A DNA stretch of 64,000 nucleotides from an uncultured Actinomycetes bacterium (GTDB taxonomy: Bacteria > Actinomycetota > UBA4738 > HRBIN12). Of the stretch, positions 1-9,922 are shown piece by piece (position 1 is the first letter of the stretch; every line of letters starts with the position of its first letter). Below the pieces are notes generated by a model that had not been told where the DNA came from, made no database searches, and worked only from the letters and a program-made list of their open reading frames with translations. The position numbers were made by a program, and so were the translations under genes. The DNA lies in the NCBI GenBank assembly GCA_963780015.1, contig CAWAAO010000014.1:333336-397335 (forward strand), read 5' to 3'.

Positions 1-256
1 GGATTGCCCGCGGCCGAGGGAGAGGTCCTCGCGGCGCTGCGCGAACCGATGCTGCCCGATGCCGTGTCGCGTGCGGCCGGGTTGTCGATCCCCGACACCG
101 TCGGCGGCGCTGGTCCGCCTCGAGATCCGAGGTCTGGTGCAGGGCAACGGGGGCCGGTACCGGCGGACCGTGCAGCTTGCGGCGGAGGCACCCGGGGGCC
201 CCGGCGAGCCGGATGCCGAGCTCGAGGGCGGGAGCGGCCCACCCCCATCCGGGTGA
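1..256 (+). pseudogene. dprA: DNA-processing protein DprA, C-terminal fragment (5' end outside window; frame break near 103)
   Basis: Frame 1 reads AAEGEVLAALREPMLPDAVSRAAGLSIPDTV. Frame 2 then continues AALVRLEIRGLVQGNGGRYRRT (a DprA C-terminal winged-helix-like tail) to TGA at 254-256. The dprA-xerC neighbourhood is conserved in Actinomycetota. Confidence 0.5.
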
Positions 257-331
257 TTGCGTCGGCCAGGGGCCACTGGGACGATACGCCGTGGCTGTGG
301 CCGGACCCCCCGGCGCGCCCGGAGAGGACCC

Positions 332-1273
332 GTGTCACCCCGAACCGACGACGATGCGCTGCCCGCGTCCCAGCGTGACCTGATCGCGGCGTTCCTCGCG
401 CACCTGCGATTGGAGCGCCATCTCTCGCCGAACACACTGGCCGCCTACCGGACCGATCTGCTCCATCTGGCGACCTTTCTCGCTCGCTCGCACCGCTCCT
501 TGGAATCGGTCGATCACTCGACGCTCCGCCGATTCCTCGCCCAGCAGCACGCGCTCGGGTACGCGCGCGCCTCGATCGCGCGTCGGGTCGGCGCGATCCA
601 TACCTTCTATCGGTGGGCGGCCGACGCAGGTCGCATCGAGCACGATCCGTCGCTGCTCCTCGGCCGGCCGAAGGTCGCGAACCGCCTGCCGACGGTGCTG
701 CGGGTCGGCGAGGCGGCGGCCCTGATGGACGCGCCGGCACCGGCGGATACGGACGAGCCGGTGGCCGTCGCCGTCCGGCTCCGCGACGAGGCGATCCTCG
801 AGTTGCTGTACGGCTCCGGGCTTCGTGTGAGCGAGGTCACCACGCTGACGACCGAGGGTCTCGATCTCGACGGCGGTCGCGTGCATGTGGTCGGCAAGGG
901 GTCCAAGGAGCGTCGCGTGCCCCTGTCCGAGGACGCGGTCCGCGCGCTCCGAACGTGGCTGGCGGAGGGTCGGCCCCTCCTCGCCACCCAGCCGACCGAG
1001 GCGCTCTTCGTGAACCGCAAGCGCAAACCGATGAGCCCACGCGACGTTCGAGCCATGGTGGACGGTTATGCTGGTGACCTGCTGCCGGGGCGTCGAGTCG
1101 GACCTCACACGCTTCGGCACTCATTCGCGACACACCTGCTGGAAGGGGGGGCCGACATCCGCGCGGTTCAGGAACTGCTGGGACATAGCAGCGTCGCCAC
1201 GACGCAGCGGTACACGCATGTCTCGCGGACGCGGTTGTTCGAAGCGTATGAGCGCTCCCACCCGAGGGCCTGA
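332..1273 (+). CDS. xerC: Tyrosine recombinase XerC/XerD (chromosome dimer resolution)
   Basis: Lies in ORF 257..1273. Catalytic C-terminus [40 protein letters not shown]-terminal core-binding region [27 protein letters not shown]. Start placed at GTG 332 behind GGAGAGGA (321-328); earlier in-frame starts are possible. Confidence 0.85.
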   Translation: MSPRTDDDALPASQRDLIAAFLAHLRLERHLSPNTLAAYRTDLLHLATFLARSHRSLESVDHSTLRRFLAQQHALGYARASIARRVGAIHTFYRWAADAGRIEHDPSLLLGRPKVANRLPTVLRVGEAAALMDAPAPADTDEPVAVAVRLRDEAILELLYGSGLRVSEVTTLTTEGLDLDGGRVHVVGKGSKERRVPLSEDAVRALRTWLAEGRPLLATQPTEALFVNRKRKPMSPRDVRAMVDGYAGDLLPGRRVGPHTLRHSFATHLLEGGADIRAVQELLGHSSVATTQRYTHVSRTRLFEAYERSHPRA

Positions 1274-1276
1274 CCG

Positions 1277-2197
1277 GTGAGTCCGACGAAGAAGACGACG
1301 GCGGCGGCGCCGAGCAAGCCCAAGGCGAAGGCGGCGACCGCGACGAAGACGAAGACGAAGGCCAAAGCGACGGCAAAGGTCATCGACACGTCGGCGCCGA
1401 TGGATCCGCGCGCCGTCTCGCACACGGTGCCGCCGCAGGTCGATGATGCGCTCGGCAAGAGCTGGCACGCGTTCAAGGCCGATGCCGACGTCCATGCCCG
1501 CGAGCGGCTGATCCTGCACTATGCGCCGCTGGTGAAGTACGTGGCGTCCCGCGTGGCCACCGGCCTGCCGGCCTCCGTCGATCAGGCCGATCTCGTGTCC
1601 TACGGGATGTTCGGGCTGATCGACGCGCTGCAGAAGTTCGAGCCCGGGCGAGGCAACAAGTTCGAGACGTACGCGATCCCTCGGATCCGTGGTGCGATCA
1701 TCGACGAGCTCCGCGCGATGGACTGGGTGCCACGCTCGGTGCGGTTCAAGCAGCGCGAGATCGAGAAGGCGCTCGCCGACCTCGAGTCGATGCTCAAGCG
1801 CCAGCCCTCGGAGAAGGAGCTCGCCGAGCGCCTCGGCATGTCGCTGCACGAGCTGCACGAGGTCATCACCCAGATCTCGTTCGTCTCGGTGCTCGCCCTG
1901 GACGAAACGGTCTCGGTGGGCGCGGACCGCGGCGAGAAGGTGTCGCTCGTCGACACGCTGGCCGACAAAGGCTTCGACCCCATCAGCGGCGTCGAGTCGC
2001 AGGAGACCCGTGGCTTGTTGGCGGCGGCGATCAACGAGTTGTCCGAGCGCGAGAAGATCGTCGTGACCCTGTACTACTTCGAGGGCCTCACGCTCGCCGA
2101 GATCGGCGAGATCTTGGGCGTCACCGAATCGCGCGTGTGCCAGATCCACACCAAGGCGGTCGGCGTGCTCCGCGGTCAGATGACGGAATACGACTAG
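1277..2197 (+). CDS. whiG: RNA polymerase sigma factor, FliA/WhiG (sigma-28) family, with Lys/Ala/Thr-rich N-terminal extension
   Basis: Motifs YGMFGLIDALQKFEPGRGNKFETYAIPRIRGAIIDELRAMDWVPRSVR and LSEREKIVVTLYYFEGLTLAEIGEILGVTESRVCQIHTKAV. Synteny xerC-whiG-M23-rpsB as in Streptomyces. Alternative start ATG 1400 would remove the extension. Confidence 0.8.
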   Translation: MSPTKKTTAAAPSKPKAKAATATKTKTKAKATAKVIDTSAPMDPRAVSHTVPPQVDDALGKSWHAFKADADVHARERLILHYAPLVKYVASRVATGLPASVDQADLVSYGMFGLIDALQKFEPGRGNKFETYAIPRIRGAIIDELRAMDWVPRSVRFKQREIEKALADLESMLKRQPSEKELAERLGMSLHELHEVITQISFVSVLALDETVSVGADRGEKVSLVDTLADKGFDPISGVESQETRGLLAAAINELSEREKIVVTLYYFEGLTLAEIGEILGVTESRVCQIHTKAVGVLRGQMTEYD

Positions 2198-2287
2198 ACC
2201 CGTGTCTGCCGTGACATCCGTCACGATCCGGCGGTGAGCAGGCCACTACCGTTTCGGCGGTGAGACGCGCGTTGCTTCGTTCGCTGC

Positions 2288-2977
2288 TTGCCGTCGTCGT
2301 CGTTGGTCGTCGTCGCGCCGAGCGCCGATGCCGCGATCCCGTGGAGCTGGCCCGTGACCGGTCCCATCGTGCGCGGCTACGACCCGCCCGATTCGCCCTA
2401 CGGCAGCGGCCACCGCGGCATCGACATCGCCGCGGCGATCGGCTCCGTCGTGCTCGCGCCCGACGACGGCGTCGTGACGTTCGCCGGCAAGGTCGGCGGG
2501 CGCCTCTTCCTCACGATCGACCACGGCGGGGGCGTCACGAGCACCTGTTCGTGGCTCACATCCGTCCTCGTCCGAAAGAACGATCGCGTCACCCGCGGCC
2601 AGCCGGTCGCGACCACCGGCTGGGGCCACGCCGATCTCACGGTGCCGCATCTGCATTTCGGCGTGCGCCTCGATGGCGCCTACGTCGATCCGCTCGCATA
2701 CCTGGGTGCGCCGTCGGTCTCGACGATGATCAGGCTCGCGCCGCTCGACGCTCCGGCGCCGATGGCCACGGGTAGGATGACGGGCCTTGCGTACCCCTCG
2801 ACTCCTCGCGTTGCTCGTCTTCCTGGCGGCCGCATCGTCGGCGGTGCCCGCGCTCGCGGCGACCTCGTTGAACCCGTGGCCGCAGTTTCAGGCCGACGCC
2901 GGCCGTTCGGGGTCGGCACCGGAGGCCCCGGCGCCTCCGTACCGCGTCGCATGGAGCGCCCCGGCCGGTATCGGTGA
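2288..2977 (+). CDS. M23/LytM family metallopeptidase (both ends uncertain)
   Basis: Motifs HRGIDIAA, LTIDHGGGVTSTCSWL and PHLHFGVRLDGAYVDP. A signal-peptide-like MRRALLRSLLAVVVV lies in the neighbouring frame from GTG 2260, so a frame break near 2302 is possible. The ORF runs 190 nt into the next gene, so the true stop may be near 2775-2780. Confidence 0.7.
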   Translation: MPSSSLVVVAPSADAAIPWSWPVTGPIVRGYDPPDSPYGSGHRGIDIAAAIGSVVLAPDDGVVTFAGKVGGRLFLTIDHGGGVTSTCSWLTSVLVRKNDRVTRGQPVATTGWGHADLTVPHLHFGVRLDGAYVDPLAYLGAPSVSTMIRLAPLDAPAPMATGRMTGLAYPSTPRVARLPGGRIVGGARARGDLVEPVAAVSGRRRPFGVGTGGPGASVPRRMERPGRYR

Positions 2978-4291
2978 CACGACCCACATCAGCGGCATCC
3001 CGGCTCCCGTCCTGACCGGATCGCTCGCCATCGTCGTCGGCCGCGAGGACGTGAGCGCGGTCGACCTTTCCTCCGGCGAGCCCGCATGGACCGCGCCTCG
3101 GGCGCTCGGCCCCTCGGCGCCCGCGGCCGTGGCCGCCGGCCTCGTGCTGTTCGTGGAGGGCGGGGGAGACGAGTCGGCCTCCGCGTCCGACACCCCATCG
3201 CGCCGCCACCTCCTCGACCGCCTCCGGCACACCGTCGTCGTCGGCATCCGCGAGCACAGCTCCGTCCCCGCAAAGCGCGGCACCGTCCTCGAGCGCCACG
3301 ACCTCCACCTTGGTCGCGATCGATCTCGGGACCCGGGAGCGCGCCTGGACGGTGCCTCTGTCGGAGGTCAGCCATACGGGAGTGCTGTTGGTCGGCCAGC
3401 TCGCGATCGTGGGCACCGACGACGGTCAGATCACCGCCGTCGACATCGCAAGCGGCAAGCAAACGTGGAGCGTCGATGTCGGCGACCACGTGCTCGCGGC
3501 GCTGGCCGGCACCGATGACCTCGTCCTGGCGAGCGTGCGGCCCGAGGCCCAGGGGTCCGCGTCCCTCGTTGCGCTGCATGTGGGCGACGGGTCCGAGGCA
3601 TGGCGCTTTCAGCCCACGGGCGCGGTCCTCGATCTCGGCTCGCCGAGCGTCGGCGGCGACCTCGTCTATGTGGTGGCCTCGGATGGGTCGCTCCGGGCGG
3701 TCGCGGTCGACGACGGCGCCGAGCGGTGGGCCGCGCGCCTGTACACGCCGACCGCCGGCTCACCCCCGGCCGTGAACGATGCCGGCGTGTTCGTGACGGA
3801 TCAATCCGGGACGATCTACGCCTTCGACCCGGCGTCGGGGGCCGAGCGATGGCGGTATGCGTCCAATCGATTCGCGGTCGGGGGGCCGATCGTGACCGCC
3901 GACACGCTCCTGCAGCCGGCGAGTGACGGCACGATCCTCGCGGTCGACACGAGCACCGGGCACCAGGTCTGGCACGCAACCGTTGTCGGACGCCGCCGTC
4001 ATCGGCCTCGCCGCCACGGCGGACACGGTCGTGGCGACGAGCACCGGGACGACCCCCGGCTTCGTGGCGCTGGAGACCGATCCCGCCGGCGTGACGGAGG
4101 ACATCACGAGTCCGACCACCCCGAACCCGACCGGCCTCGTGCTTGCCTGGTTCGCGGCCGCACTCCCTCTCGCCGCGGCGCTGGTGTTGCTCGGACGCGC
4201 CCTGGACACGCGCATGGGGACGCCCGATCTCGGCACGGCCGAGGACGATGTCGTCGATCCATGGGAAACGGAGTCGGGGGACGAGACGTGA
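2787..4291 (+). pseudogene. Secreted PQQ-like/BamB-like beta-propeller repeat protein with C-terminal TM anchor (two frame breaks)
   Basis: TTG start followed by signal peptide RTPRLLALLVFLAAASSAVPALAATS. Repeats LVAIDLGTRERAW, GQITAVDIASGKQTW, LVALHVGDGSEAW, GSLRAVAVDDGAERW, GTIYAFDPASGAERW and GTILAVDTSTGHQVW. TM helix LVLAWFAAALPLAAALVLLG. The protein is continuous only with frame 0->1 near 3201 (DTPS|AATSST) and 1->2 near 3985 (WHATV|SDAAVIG). Confidence 0.65.
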
Positions 4292-5261
4292 GCAACAAGA
4301 AGAAGAAGCGGCCCTCGGGCACGGCATCGACGTATCGCGCGCCGGCGCAGACCACCAGCCCGCCGCGACGCGGTCTCCTCGACGGCCTGCTCGCACCGCG
4401 CACACCGGGAGCCTCGCCGATGCCGAAGCTCCGCTCGACGCTGGCACGCGGCGCCGTGACGGCGCTGTCGCAGCCGTGGCTGGTGGTCGGCATCCCGGTG
4501 ACGATGTTGCTGCGTGTGGGTCCTGCTCACGACCCTCGGGTTCCAGGGGCCCTTCACGATCATGGGCGTGACGTTCGCGATCCCACCGATCACGACGTTC
4601 TCGGACGCGCAGGTGGCGGGCAAGACCTTCCGGGCGGCGGTCGGTGCGACCGGCGTCGCCGTGGCCTTGCCCGGGCTGGTCGGCATCACGTCGTTGCTGT
4701 TGTTCCACGCCGCCGTCGACGCGTTGGTCACGACGATGTCGGTCGAGAAACTGCGAACGGGTGCGGTGAGCGCGTGGGCGATCCGGCGAGCCGGTCGCGT
4801 GATCCGCACCACCGCGACGGTCGGGTTGATCTCCCTGGGCCTGCTGATCGCCGGCAACGTGATCGCGGCCTTCCTGGGCGGGATCGGCGTGATCTTCGGC
4901 CTGATCGGATCCATGGTCGTGGGGGTCTACCTCTTCGGGTTCGCGCCGACGATCGCCACCGACGAGGAGCGGCGCGTGACCGACAACCTGGTGCGGAGCG
5001 TGCGAGCGGCGCGCATGCCCGGCTCGGCCAACCTCTGGCTGGCGGTCGGCTATGTCCTGCGTCTCCCTGGTCGTGCTGATCGCCCCGTTGCCGGGCTCCA
5101 CGATCGGCGTGACGCCGACGGTGACAGCCTGGGCCGCCTCCATCGCGATCAACGTGGTCCACGTGATCGTGCAGGCCACGCTTGCCTACCGGTACCTCGT
5201 GGTCGCTCCCGAGGTGCCCGAACAGCCCGTCCCCCGCCAGGCGCCGGCCCGCCGGCGCTAG
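4288..5261 (+). pseudogene. Polytopic membrane protein of unknown function (two frame breaks)
   Basis: GTG 4288 overlaps the upstream stop (GTGA). Basic N-terminus SNKKKKRPSG is followed by several hydrophobic helices. Continuity needs frame changes near 4513 (VTMLL|VWVLLTTLGF) and 5060 (AVGYVL|VSLVVLIAPL). No family recognised. Confidence 0.55.
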
Positions 5262-5408
5262 CCGGGCCGCGGGCGAAACCCGCTGCTAGACTCGCTGCGC
5301 CGGTGCATCCGCGCCGAGCTCACACGTCCGGGGATCGTTGCCGGGGTCCCTTGCGGGCCGGCGCCGAGTCGATCCGGACGGAGGAGAAAACCGAAAGGAG
5401 CAGCTGCC

Positions 5409-6392
5409 ATGCCGGTCGTCACCCGGCGGGAGCTCCTCGAAGCAGGCGTGCACTTCGGCCACCAGACACGCCGGTGGAACCCGAAGATGAAGCCGTTCTT
5501 GTTCGGGGAGCGTTCCGGGATCTATCTGATCGACCTCGAGCAGTCCCTCGCGGGGCTCGAGGAAACCCACGCATTCGTCCAGGCCCTCGGCCGCCGCCGC
5601 GGCATCGTGCTGTTCATCGGCACGAAGAAGCAGGCCCAGGAGGTCGTGTCCGAGCACGCCACGCGTATCGGCATGCCCTACATCAACAATCGCTGGCTCG
5701 GCGGCATGCTCACCAACTTCGCGACGATCAAGGGTCGCCTGCTGCGCCTGCGTGAGCTCGTCGAGATGGACGAGACCGGCGCGATGGACCGCCTGCCCAA
5801 GAAGGAGGCGATCCGTCTGCGTCACGAGCGCGAGAAGCTCGAGCGCAACCTCGGCGGCATCGCCGGGCTCGAGCGGCTTCCCGACGCCGTCTTCGTGGTC
5901 GACACCAAGAAGGAGCACATCGCCGTCACCGAGGCGCGCAAGCTCGGCATCCCGGTGATCGCCATCGTCGACACCAACTGCGACCCCGACGAGGTCGACT
6001 TCGTGATCCCCGGCAACGACGACGCGATCCGGGCGGTGAACCTGGTGACCCGGGTGATCGCCGACGCGCTCGCCGAGGGCTACGGCATGGCCAAGGAGGA
6101 GGTCGCCGAGAACCTGGCGGCACGTGCGCCGCGGAAGCCCGGCGGTCCCAAGCCGCAGGCGGCGCCCGCCGCGGTCGACGACACGCCCTCCGACGAGGAG
6201 GCGGCGGCGATCGCGATCAGCACCGTGTTCGAGCCGGACGCGCCCGAGGCGGAGGTCGTCGAAGACGAGATCGTGATCGAGGCGGTGGCCGAGGCGGAGA
6301 CGCCCGAGGGCCCGGTCGAGGTCGTCGAGGAGACGATCGTCGACGTCGCACCCGAGGCGGCCCCCGAGCCGGCCTCCGGAGAGGAGAGCTGA
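5409..6392 (+). CDS. rpsB: 30S ribosomal protein uS2 with acidic C-terminal tail
   Basis: [27 protein letters not shown] plus a full uS2 core. AAAGGAG lies upstream of the ATG. About 90 aa of Glu/Asp/Ala/Pro/Val-rich tail follow. Confidence 0.97.
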   Translation: MPVVTRRELLEAGVHFGHQTRRWNPKMKPFLFGERSGIYLIDLEQSLAGLEETHAFVQALGRRRGIVLFIGTKKQAQEVVSEHATRIGMPYINNRWLGGMLTNFATIKGRLLRLRELVEMDETGAMDRLPKKEAIRLRHEREKLERNLGGIAGLERLPDAVFVVDTKKEHIAVTEARKLGIPVIAIVDTNCDPDEVDFVIPGNDDAIRAVNLVTRVIADALAEGYGMAKEEVAENLAARAPRKPGGPKPQAAPAAVDDTPSDEEAAAIAISTVFEPDAPEAEVVEDEIVIEAVAEAETPEGPVEVVEETIVDVAPEAAPEPASGEES

Positions 6393-7000
6393 TGGCGGAG
6401 ATCACCGCCGAGATGGTCAAGGTCCTGCGCGACGCAACCGGCGCGGGCATGATGGATTGCAAGCGTGCCCTGATCGAGTCCGACGGCGACACGGCGCGGG
6501 CGACCGAGATCCTTCGCGAGAAGGGCCTCGCAAGCGTGGCCAAGCGCGCCGGTCGCAGCGCCGATCAGGGCCTCGTCGACGCCTACATCCATTTCAACAA
6601 CACGGTCGGTGTGCTCGTGGAGGTCAACTGCGAGACGGACTTCGTCGCCAATACCGACGAGTTCCGCCAGCTCGTGAAGGACCTTGCGCTGCACATCGCG
6701 AGCCCATCCGCACCGAGGTGGCTCAGCCGCGACGACGTGCCGACCTCGGTGCTCGAGTTCGAGCAGAAGATCGCCGAGGGGCAGGCGAAGGAAGCCGGCA
6801 AGCCCGAGAACATCGTGCCCAAGATCGTCGAGGGCAAGATCGAGGCGTTCCTCAAGGACAACGTGCTGGTGGACCAGCCGTTCGTCAAGGACGACAGCAA
6901 GACGATCCAGCAGTACCTGGACGAGGTCAGCGCCAAGACGGGTGAGAAGGTCCAGGTCCGCCGGTTCGCCCGGTTCAAGCTGGGCGAAGAGGCGGAGTAA
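6392..7000 (+). CDS. tsf: Elongation factor Ts (short, 202-aa form)
   Basis: Motifs EMVKVLRDATGAGMMDCKRAL and VNCETDFVA. TGATG overlap with rpsB. Confidence 0.95.
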   Translation: MAEITAEMVKVLRDATGAGMMDCKRALIESDGDTARATEILREKGLASVAKRAGRSADQGLVDAYIHFNNTVGVLVEVNCETDFVANTDEFRQLVKDLALHIASPSAPRWLSRDDVPTSVLEFEQKIAEGQAKEAGKPENIVPKIVEGKIEAFLKDNVLVDQPFVKDDSKTIQQYLDEVSAKTGEKVQVRRFARFKLGEEAE

Positions 7001-7056
7001 GCTGACGCCGGACGTGGGAGCCCGCCGGGCGCCCGCGGGGGAGGAGCGCGACACGC

Positions 7057-7776
7057 ATGGCTGACGGCGACGCACGACCCGCCTACCACCGGGTCTTGCT
7101 CAAGCTCTCGGGCGAGGCGTTCGCACCCCCCTCCGGTTCGGGGATCTCCGACGCCGCGACGGCGCTGGTGGCCCGGCAGCTGGCCGAGGTGGTCGACATG
7201 GGCATCCAGCCGGCGGTCGTGGTCGGCGGGGGCAACATCTGGCGCGGACGCCAGGCCCCCGGCATCGACCGCAATCGGGCCGACTACATGGGGATGCTGG
7301 CCACCATCATGAACGCGCTGGCCCTGCAGGACGCCTTGGAGAAGATCCACGTGCCGACGCGGGTCCAGTCGGCGATCGCGATGACGCAGGTCGCCGAGCC
7401 GTTCGTGCCGTTGCGTGCGACCCGCCACCTCGAGAAGGGCCGGGTCGTGATCTTCGCGGCCGGGCTCGGCGTGCCGTACTTCTCCACCGACACCTGCGCG
7501 GCCCAGCGGGCACTCGAGATCAACGCCGACGCGCTGTTGAAGGGCACGAAGGTGGACGGCGTCTACACCGCCGATCCGGTGGTCGACACGACGGCGAAGC
7601 GGCTCGACATCCTCGAGTACGGTGACTTCCTTCGGGAAGGGTATGGCGTGATGGACGCCACCGCCGTCTCGTTGTGCATGGAGAACAAGCTGCCGATCCT
7701 CGTGTTCAATCTCCGTGACGAAGGCAACATCCGCCGGGTCGTCACGGGCGAGCACATCGGTACCGTCATCCACTGA
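7057..7776 (+). CDS. pyrH: UMP kinase
   Basis: Motifs [40 protein letters not shown] and [22 protein letters not shown]. Confidence 0.96.
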   Translation: MADGDARPAYHRVLLKLSGEAFAPPSGSGISDAATALVARQLAEVVDMGIQPAVVVGGGNIWRGRQAPGIDRNRADYMGMLATIMNALALQDALEKIHVPTRVQSAIAMTQVAEPFVPLRATRHLEKGRVVIFAAGLGVPYFSTDTCAAQRALEINADALLKGTKVDGVYTADPVVDTTAKRLDILEYGDFLREGYGVMDATAVSLCMENKLPILVFNLRDEGNIRRVVTGEHIGTVIH

Positions 7777-7785
7777 GGAGCCCCC

Positions 7786-8346
7786 GTGACGATCGAGACC
7801 GCCATGCGAGACGCCGAGCACAAGATGGATCAGGCGCTCACCCATATGAAGGATGATCTGGGCAGCATCCGAACCGGTCGGGCGGCGCCCGCGGTGTTGA
7901 GCCGGGTCACCGTCGAGTACTACGGCACGCCCGTTCCGTTGAACCAATTGGCCGGCGTGACCGTGCCGGAGCCGCGTCTGTTGCAGGTGCAGCCGTTCGA
8001 CAAGAGCGCGATCGGCGCGATCGAGAAGGCGATCATGACGAGCGATCTCGGCATCACACCGAACAACGACGGCAACGTGATCCGGTTGGCGTTCCCGCCC
8101 CTGACCGAGGAGCGGCGCAAAGAGCTGGTGAAGCAGGTGCACCATCGCGCGGAGGAGGGTCGCGTCGCCGTCCGCAACGTCCGCCGCCACGCGAAGGACG
8201 AGATGGAGAAGCTTGAGCATGACGGCGCTATCTCGGAGGATGATCTTGCTCGTGCGGAGAAGGACCTACAGAAGCTGACCGACCGCTTCGTGGCCGAGAT
8301 CGATCAGATCCAGGGCCACAAGGAGCAGGAACTGATGGAGGTCTAG
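7786..8346 (+). CDS. frr: Ribosome recycling factor
   Basis: Motifs LGSIRTGRAAPAVLSRVTVEYYGTPVPLNQLAGVTVPEPRLLQVQPFD and VRNVRRHAKDE. GAGGAG lies upstream of the GTG. Confidence 0.96.
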   Translation: MTIETAMRDAEHKMDQALTHMKDDLGSIRTGRAAPAVLSRVTVEYYGTPVPLNQLAGVTVPEPRLLQVQPFDKSAIGAIEKAIMTSDLGITPNNDGNVIRLAFPPLTEERRKELVKQVHHRAEEGRVAVRNVRRHAKDEMEKLEHDGAISEDDLARAEKDLQKLTDRFVAEIDQIQGHKEQELMEV

Positions 8347-8350
8347 TCCA

Positions 8351-9863
8351 GTGGCCAACGACGAACGCGGTGGCGACGAGCTCTTCGAGGATCTGGACAA
8401 GTTCTTCGCGCCGATCAAGGACGTGGATTGGGACGAGCCCGACGAGCCGGCGGCGACGGTGCCGGCCGAGGAGCACGTTGCCGTCCGCACCGAACAATCC
8501 GCACCGATCCAGCTCCCCGAGGACGCCGGGGCGCCGAGCGACGCCGGCGACGACGACGCCTGGTACGACACCGGCCAGCTCGAGGAGATCGACGAGATCC
8601 TCGGCGAGCCGGCGCGGGCGGCCGATGAGACCGGTCGAGGTCATCGCGGTCGAGGACGCCGAGCTCGAGGACACACCCGCGGCCGACGCCGATCCGACCG
8701 TGGCGATGGACGCCCTCGAGGTGGAGGAGGTCGTCGTGCGCGCCCCGTCCGCGGAGGAGCTCGAGGCCGCGGCCGATCATTTCGCGGGGTCCCTGGCGCG
8801 CGACGAGACCTATCCGACCGAGCCGGTCGACGTGTTCGCCGGCGAGCCGCGAGAGGCAGATCTGCTCAGCGAGCTCGGTGCCGACGACGTGGAGGAGGAG
8901 CTGCTGTCCGACATGCAGGACGCCTCCTCGCCGCGAACCGTCGTCGTGGGCGGCGAAGGCATCACCGGACCGAGCTGGCAGGAGCCCGCCGCGGTCGAGG
9001 TCGGCGCGGAGATCGATCGCCGAGGATCCGTCACCGGCGATCGCGACGTGCCGGCCGCCTTCATGACCGGGGTGGTCCTGGCGGGGGTCGCCGTCGTGTC
9101 CCTGTGGGCGGGACCGGCCTATTTCGCCGCCTTCGCGGGACTCCTGGTGCTGGTGGCCCAGGGGGAGTTGTTCGGGGTGCTGGTCAAGCACCACTTCCGG
9201 CCGGCCGCCCTGATCGGACTCGTGGCCGGGGCGCTCATGATGCTCGGGGCCTACTGGCGGGGCGAGGCCGCGACCCCGGCGATGTTCGCGCTCGGTGTGA
9301 TCGCGGCGTTCCTCTGGTACATGACCGTGCCCGTCGATCAGCGCTCCCACGTCGTGCGCGACCTCGGGGTCACGGTGTTGAACATGGCCTGGATCCCGTT
9401 GCTCGCGGGCTACCTGATCGCGACGCTCAAGCTGCCCGACGGCAAGGCGCTCGTCCTGTGGGTGATCCTGCTGACGTTCCTGTTCGACACGGCCGCCTTC
9501 CTGATCGGCTCGGTGTCGGGCGGCGGCTGGATCCAACGGCCGCTGGCGCCCAACGTCAGCCCGAAAAAGTCATGGGAAGGCATCATCGGCGGGGCGCTCG
9601 CCACGGCGATCGTCTCCGTGGCGTTCGTGTCCTCGTTCGTCGGGGTCTTCGAAGGGCGAAAGCTGGCGGCGCTGGGACTCGGTCTCGTGATCGCGGGCGC
9701 CGCCACCTTCGGCGACCTCGCGGAGTCGCTGCTCAAGCGGGATATCGGCGTGAAGGACATGGGCACCCTGCTTCCCGGCCACGGCGGGGTGCTCGATCGG
9801 ATCGACTCCCTGTTGTTCGTGGCCCCGGCCACCTTCCTGCTGTTCCGCGTGATCTTCGGCTGA
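8351..9863 (+). pseudogene. cdsA: Phosphatidate cytidylyltransferase CdsA with long acidic N-terminal region (frame break near 8630)
   Basis: C-terminal motifs SPKKSWEGIIGG and FGDLAESLLKRDIGVKDMGTLLPGHGGVLDRIDSLLF. The acidic ORF from GTG 8351 has a coding-like GC3 bias and no stop in its own frame. It joins the cdsA frame at AADE|PVEVIAVEDAELED. Alternative: an independent start at ATG 8625. Confidence 0.75.
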
Positions 9864-9922
9864 CCGACGGATCGGGGTTCCTACCGCCGGGTTCACGCGG
9901 GCTCGGGGTAAGCTCGACCGTG

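Noticed and set aside
332-1273. A tyrosine recombinase as a possible integrase marking a mobile element or genomic island.
   Set aside because: XerC/XerD-type motifs, the conserved dprA-xerC-whiG-rpsB synteny, and the absence of an adjacent tRNA, direct repeats, phage or transposon genes all argue for the chromosomal dimer-resolution recombinase.
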